NCBI GenBank assembly: GCA_964016885.1
Contig: OZ024743.1
Span: 175,832,001-175,896,000, forward strand
Reading direction: 5' to 3'
Length of the DNA: 64,000 nucleotides
Source of the DNA: Eledone cirrhosa
Lineage: Eukaryota
Positions 57,452-64,000 of the stretch are shown here, in pieces (the first letter of the stretch is position 1; every line of letters starts with the position of its first letter). Position numbers and translations under genes: made by a program. The notes beneath the pieces are model-generated. The model ran no database searches and was not told the DNA's origin. It worked only from the letters and a program-made list of their open reading frames with translations.

Positions 57452-57730
57452 GTGAAGGCGCATAGCTTAGAGGTTAGAGCATTGGGCTTGCAGTCGTGAA
57501 ATTGTGAATTGGATTCTCGGACTGGGTGATGCGTCGTGTCCTTGAGAAGGGCACTTTATTTCGCTTTGCTTCAGTTTACTCAACTGTAGAAATGAGTTGC
57601 GACGTCACTAGTGCCAAGCTGTAAATGTCATTGCTTTTCCCTTGGACAACATCGGTGGCGTGGAAAAAGGAGGTAGGTATGCTGGGCAATTGCTGGTCTT
57701 CCACACAACAACCTTGCCTGGACATGTATT
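57452..57730 (+). mobile_element. tRNA-derived CORE-type SINE, diverged
   Basis: gaaggcgcatagcttagaggttagagc..gtgtccttgagaagggcactttatttc; related to 44995-45135. Confidence 0.65.
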
Positions 57731-57764
57731 AGAAATGTTCTTTTTTCTCTCACTTTCTCCCCCG

Positions 57765-57863
<99 letters not shown>

Positions 57864-58602
57864 TATATATATAGAAATCACATGAATCAAAGTTCTGTTC
57901 AAACCATTTATTAGCTTACAATTGTTTCGTCCAAACCGAGGTTTGGTGTCTTCGGAGCAATTGTTCAATGATTTTTTACATACATGACCTCCTTTCCAAC
58001 ACAAGAGACATACAGAAACATATGTATATATCGATGCACAGTGGGGTGACATCCATTATAATATTTTTGCATGGCAATTTAAATTCAAAAATTAAAATCA
58101 TATTAAAACAAAATTAAAGTTAAAATACAACATCGGCAGTTTACGAAGATAATGCAAGAGGATAGTTTGTTAGTCAGTTGAAGTAGTTAGTGCATGCAAT
58201 AGTTACACGTGGGGCATGCATGTGTGTCTTATTTATATAAGATTATTGTGCGGCAAGGTGTTATATGCAATACAAGCACTTCACGCGGGTAATCAAGAGT
58301 ATTATGGGGATTGTAGTGGTAAAGTATTTATTATGTATGATAAAGAAGCTTTTGTGCAGAGAAATATTATAAATGAGAAGCAAAATAATGTTATGGTTTT
58401 TGTATACACCACCATTTTCACAATCCAGGAAACGTAATATATAGATTATATGTCCCTCACATAATTAACGATGATTCAGTATTGGATTTATCTTACTGGT
58501 AATAAGGTAGTAATAAATTACTGTCTTTCACTGTTTAGGGTTTAAAATGTATATAACTATAAAAAGTTTTAGTATATACATAACCATAAATAGTATCCTT
58601 AA

Positions 58603-58649
<47 letters not shown>

Positions 58650-58919
58650 AATGAAAATTAGAGCAAGAAACAGAACTGTCCGTCATCAGTGATCTTCTGA
58701 CTATCATCGGTATTTCTTCGCATTAAAGACCAGATGCCTCAAAGTCAGTGTGAGCAATAACTAAAATAAGTTATTGGGACACAAAGAATGGGTGGAGAAA
58801 TAGAGACATGTAAACAAAGAAAATGGTAATGCAACATAAAGAGAGGAAATTGAGAAAACAAGTCAATGATACATGTGAACTTAAGTTCTAGCAAATCAAT
58901 GACGAGAAGACGACAGACG

Positions 58920-58995
<76 letters not shown>

Positions 58996-59184
58996 GTGAG
59001 TTTTTTTTACAAAATGAAAAAAAAACGAGGTGTCCTACACGAGTGGAAGTGTAAGGAAAAAATTTGAAATCGAAAATGCAACAGGAGTCTTTTTTTTAAA
59101 ATAAATTTATTGGGTTCCTTTACCGGTTTCGTAGTTCTTGTGCTTTTCAAAAGTAGAATTGAGATGGAGGGTTTGTTGTTTTTC

Positions 59185-59257
<73 letters not shown>

Positions 59258-59260
<3 letters not shown>

Positions 59261-59455
59261 GTTATTCCGGGTTGAATCGGAGGTAACCACAGTAAGTAAG
59301 GTACTCAATACATTGCAGAGTATAAAAGTTTTAATATAGAAGAGATTCTACAGGACTAGAACTGTTTCATTCTTTAGAAATCATCAGGAATCCCTGATGA
59401 TTTCTAAAGAATGAAACAGTTCTAGTCCTGTAGAATCTCTTCTATATTAAAACTA
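59258..59455. mobile_element. Family D element with back-to-back hammerheads (59344-59392 minus; 59394-59437 plus)
   Basis: ..tcatcaggaatccctgatga.. junction; both cores intact. Confidence 0.85.
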
Positions 59456-59476
59456 TATATATATATATATATATAT

Positions 59477-59667
59477 ATAACGGAGGAAGTGTGGTAAGGA
59501 ACCAGGTGGACCATAACGCACCAAAGTACTCAATACTTGAGGTAGTAGAGTGGGTAATAGGAACCAGTAAGACCCCGACAGCTGAGCTCAAGCCGTTTCG
59601 ACGGCTAATTCTGGACTGAATTAGCCGTCCAAACGGCTTGAGCTCAGCTGTCGGGGTCTTACTGGTT

Positions 59668-59670
<3 letters not shown>
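59477..59670. mobile_element. Family E fold-back element
   Basis: Matches 19343-19540. Confidence 0.82.
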
Positions 59671-59728
<58 letters not shown>

Positions 59729-59760
59729 AGATCAAAAGATGGTTAAAGGAGTTCAATATA

Positions 59761-59827
59761 TTTTATTATGCGCATTTCAAAAACAAACATCATCAAACAA
59801 TAATATTTGTGTTTTCATCAGATAAAA
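59761..59827 (-). ncRNA. Type I hammerhead ribozyme with long AU-rich helix II
   Basis: ttttat CTGATGA AAAcaCAAATATTAT tgtttg ATGATGTTTGtTTTt GAAA TGCGCA TA ataaaa; palindromic ATGCGCAT helix III. Confidence 0.8.
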
Positions 59828-60320
59828 CAGGAGAACGTGATATGAAGGCTAAAAAAACACTTGTTGATAGTGCAGTTTTAAATCAACATATGAAAAGTGG
59901 TTTTAGATTGATGTGTGATATTGGGAAAAATATTTTATTTAGAGAGGGGGGGGGGAGAGAAAAGGATGAAAAGGGAAGGAGATGAGAGGGAGAGATGGGT
60001 GATAGAGAGAAAGAGATAGTTTTTATAACTGAGAGGAGATATATTTTATATAGAGGGGTTGAAAACCGTTGGAAGATACTGTATAAATTAAAAATTTTGA
60101 AAATTAACGAAGGGAGGATATGTGCGAGGAAAAAATATATTATATTTAGGGAGGGGGGGGTGGAAAGGATGAAAAAAAGGGGAGGAGATGAGAGTGAAGG
60201 TGGAAAGGGCGAGATGGGTGATAGAGAGAAAGAGATAGTTTTTATAACTGAGAAAAAGATATAATGTTTTAATATAGAGAGGTTGCATTGCTTTATTGTA
60301 CTACAATAAAACTCACCTCC

Positions 60321-60358
<38 letters not shown>

Positions 60359-60524
60359 AATTATTCAGTAGTTTTATTGGTTACTTGAGGAGGCACTATT
60401 GTGACCACTTAATGCTATAGCTACAACAATGCTATCTTGTGTATATAAAAAGTCTGATATGAAACATTTTAAAGCGAATTTCGTAATATGAGTTCTTCAA
60501 GGGCAGGTAATTGCGAATATGTAG

Positions 60525-60712
60525 GTCGAGGGTTGGGACGGAGGTAACCACAGTAGATAAGTTACTTAATACATGCATAGAGTGAAGAGAGAAGTTTATA
60601 TAGAAACGGCTTCTACAGGACCAGAACTGTTCTATTTGTGTGAAAAATCATTCCTGGTGATTTCATACGAATGAAACAGTAATAGTCCTATAAAAGCCTT
60701 TTCAATTTAAAC
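60525..60712. mobile_element. Decayed family D element with back-to-back hammerhead remnants
   Basis: ggaggtaaccacagta..ttctacaggaccagaactgtt..ttcctggtgatttcatacgaatgaaacag. Confidence 0.6.
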
Positions 60713-61454
60713 TTATATGCCTCTATCTCTCACTCTCTCTTTCTCTCTCTCTCTCACACATCCCAACTTCAGAATCTTTCCCCTCTACAAATTTAAAGAT
60801 AATGCCACCCACACCCAGCGCATCAGCAAGGAATCTTACTTCATTAACAAATACGGACCCCGTCTAAACACTTCTCCCTAAGACGAACCCACAACATACA
60901 CACGTCAACATACATACCTACATCAGCACACATCTCTACCCACATATAAACACAATGACACACGTAAACACACATGCTCTATGGTGCAATACAAAAAAAT
61001 ATATGTGCATATATATGTATGTATACATGTATATATATATATATATGTAGTAAATATATGTATGTGTGTATATATATATAGTGAATATCATTTCACACCT
61101 TTTATTGTTAAGATTTTTGATGTTCTATTAAGAGAACCGATTTTACTGAAAAAATCGAATAATGAACACCATTTTACCAGGGGGAAAAAAATACTGGTTC
61201 CCCCCCCCCCCACACACATATATATACACAAACACATACACACGCGTACATCAACATACAAAGAGACTTATACACACACACACACACACACAGGCACTTC
61301 TCCGTATAAGACAAAAGCTGAAAAATATCTTTTGACCTTCGAATGACTCTGCTATATACACACACACATACACACACACACACTTATCTTAATAGCCATT
61401 TGACACACATCGCTGCTGGCCATTGTCGCAGCATCGAACACCTTACTACTACTA

Positions 61455-61554
<100 letters not shown>

Positions 61555-61984
61555 ACACACACACACATATTTGTTGTGAAAGAGTCATTTCTCAATCTTG
61601 GCGCAAAACCAATTTTTTATCCACATGACCTCTACCGACCAATCAAAATTGTTTTGACCAAGAATTTTTGCTGGAGCCACTTTTTTAACATAAAAATAGT
61701 CTTGGCGCAAAATCAACTTTTCACATTCACATGACCTCTACCGACCAATCAAAATTGTTTTGACCACAAGCATTTTTGCAACACAAAAATAACGCTGGAG
61801 CCACTTTTTTAACATAAAAACAGGTAGAATTCCCAAAACTAATCAGATCAGAGCAAACAGCACGGACACTCTATCTCAAAATTATTTTTGAAAAGCATTT
61901 AGAAATGTGCAACCGGTAAAAACTTAAAAACTTATCTTAAAAACTATTCTTTTAACTATCATATCCTCACACGAGATACAGAAA

Positions 61985-62992
61985 ATGCCAATAAAAACGG
62001 ATACAACCCTCATCAACTCAAATGAAGAGATCCTACAGGAACTCAAGAAAATCAACACCAACCTATCTTTGCTGGTCGACAAACTTGACTCCACAAATAA
62101 GGAAACTGCCACCGGATACAAACCCTCCGAAATCGGCGACAAACTCCAAAACCTTTGCGATACTATCCAAACTATGTTCACTGCTACCAACCCAGGAAAA
62201 ACCAACGAAGAACCATGTGAGATTGATTCACACAAAATGAAAATTCGAACAATTCCAAAATGGAACAAATCCCTCAGAGACAGAAAGTTCTCATTCTGGA
62301 AGATGATACAAAATCACAACAAAGCAGAGATATATGAAAAATGGCTTAACTCAACCCCTCTAACTCTCCCCCGTAAACTACAAATAAAGTCCATTCCAAA
62401 TGAACCCGAACCTCAAAGACACCTTAGGGAAAGAATGGCATTGGAAAAAATGAAGACAGAAATTGAACTTCTTAAACTGAGGGCCCAGACAAATGAGGAA
62501 AAAATCAAAACCATCGATGAAGAGATCCTCCTGGAAATCAACAACAAAACTGAAGGCCCCAAGGTAGAGAAGATCTCTAAATTATGGAAAGGGGACTGCA
62601 ACAGAGAAGAACTGAAATCCCTTCAACGCTGGGAAAAAAGTGCCGCTTGGTTCCTACACTATGAATCGACTTTTCAAACGGATTACACCTCCAATAACCC
62701 GTTCATAAAAATAGGAAAACCCATAACTGAACCGCACAACAACTTCTCAAACCCCCAAGCCTCAAACAAACGAAGAAGGAAGCACCACACCGAAGATGAA
62801 CTTCCCAACCTCGCTACCATAAGAAGGAACAAAAACCCAAGAAATCATCTCCCCCAGAATGACATTTACAACATTCCCCCTTCAAGGAGACACCATACCA
62901 AATCACTCAACTACTACGCGGATTCCTCATCGTCAAACATTGAAACTACAACCACCAACCCGAACCACATTTTACAACAACAAGGAATATAA
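61985..62992 (+). CDS. ORF1 of PLE-4, predicted coiled-coil protein of unknown function (true end probably 63188 before mutation)
   Basis: 335 aa, non-repetitive, heptad-like segments EEILQELKKINTNLSLLVDKL and LEKMKTEIELLKLRAQTNEEKIKTIDEEI. Confidence 0.65.
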   Translation: MPIKTDTTLINSNEEILQELKKINTNLSLLVDKLDSTNKETATGYKPSEIGDKLQNLCDTIQTMFTATNPGKTNEEPCEIDSHKMKIRTIPKWNKSLRDRKFSFWKMIQNHNKAEIYEKWLNSTPLTLPRKLQIKSIPNEPEPQRHLRERMALEKMKTEIELLKLRAQTNEEKIKTIDEEILLEINNKTEGPKVEKISKLWKGDCNREELKSLQRWEKSAAWFLHYESTFQTDYTSNNPFIKIGKPITEPHNNFSNPQASNKRRRKHHTEDELPNLATIRRNKNPRNHLPQNDIYNIPPSRRHHTKSLNYYADSSSSNIETTTTNPNHILQQQGI

Positions 62993-63148
62993 CAAACACA
63001 GGAGACCACTTAACATCAGCAGACAACCCCTCTACCGCTTGGTTCCTACACTATGAATCGACTTTTCAAACGGATTACACCTCCAATAACCCGTTCATAA
63101 AAATAGGAGACCACTTAACATCAGCAGACAACCCCTCTACCCCAACCA

Positions 63149-64000
63149 TTTTTTAGACACAGCACACAGATACAGGCAAACAAAATAACACAAGACAGGG
63201 AGGAGAAACCGATAATAATAAAAATTATCAATCTTACTAGTGCAGAACCAACACCCAACCTTATCAACTTACTCTCCAAAGGTCTTAAATTCACACCGAC
63301 CCCACTACGTCCTAACTACTATGAAATGAAGGAAGACATCACAGACTTCTGTAGAAAGTTACGACTTAGTGAACAACTATTCGACCAGTACAATGAGGAT
63401 GAATCATTAGCCAGAAATAGAAGCAATTACACCCCTTCAAAAGGTAGAAATAAAATCCTGGACGAATTCTGTGAACACATCACAAACTTCCCTTACCAAC
63501 ACTTGCACAGACAAAAACACAAGCCAAACCTCAACAAGAAAGAATGGGAAGAATTAAATAGATTAAAAACCGACAGAACCATTACAATTAAAGAGGCTGA
63601 TAAAGGGAGTACAGTAGTCCTAATGGAGACAGAATTCTATATCAACTTAGCGCTCTCCACTTTGGAAAACGAAACATACTACGAAAAGGCTGAACACTAC
63701 AATCAACAGAAAATTATGAGAAACCTAAAAACTCTAATCAACCAATACAAAGAAGGACTCACTAACAAAGAATTCAGCTTCATCACAGACTTCACAAGTA
63801 AATCCAGCCTTTTCTACGGTATCCCTAAAGTACATAAAAGCGAATCAATCAGTAAGGCATGCAAGGAAGCCACAGACATAGTCATCAATGTCCTCTCACC
63901 CAATGATCTCAAATTAAGACCTATAATAGCAGGCCCCGCTTGAGAAACGCACCGTCTTAGCAACTTCATTGATACCCTTCTCAAACCCTTCCTCAAGCAC
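63149..64000 (+). CDS. PLE-4 reverse transcriptase N-terminal part, one in-frame TGA at 63941-63943
   Basis: IINL, LLSKGLKFTPTP, FCRKLRL, PNLNKKE, IKEADKGSTVVLM, FYGIPKVHK, LRPIIAGPA*ETHRLSNFIDTLLKPFL. Confidence 0.88.

Larger units (their letters stand above)
61590..64000 (+). mobile_element. Penelope-like retroelement PLE-4, 5' portion, continues past the window end
   Basis: 5' tandem repeats ~61596-61820, coiled-coil-like ORF1 from 61985, then PLE RT N-terminal motifs. Confidence 0.85.

Overview
Gene-free, repeat-saturated eukaryotic DNA, most likely an octopod cephalopod (inferred from the extreme (TA)n/(CA)n/(AG)n load and the dominant tRNA-derived SINE; not provable from this window). 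Nearly all short ORFs in the supplied track are microsatellite translations. The real coding content is retroelement-derived: five Penelope-like element (PLE) copies (three Naiad-type at 5179-8216, 15128-17470 and 48240-51540; a C-rich Neptune/Poseidon-type at 22121-26962; a two-ORF copy from ~61590 to the window end) and one near-full-length, frameshifted RTE-clade LINE (~9200-12609). There are also many SINEs, a non-autonomous Helitron and a tRNA-like gene. The main hidden signal is RNA structure. Reading by eye finds more than 25 intact or near-intact type I hammerhead ribozyme (HHR) motifs in about ten sequence families, several with covarying stems or natural core variants (U3-A8, A4). 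The most notable is a non-coding ~400-480 bp tandem or fold-back retrozyme-like family in three diverged subfamilies. Each keeps an octamer ATGCAAAT, an AAG-TATATA-like box and a minimal HHR at similar spacing, which suggests a self-promoting, self-cleaving parasite of PLE machinery. All folds were assigned by eye, and element boundaries are approximate.
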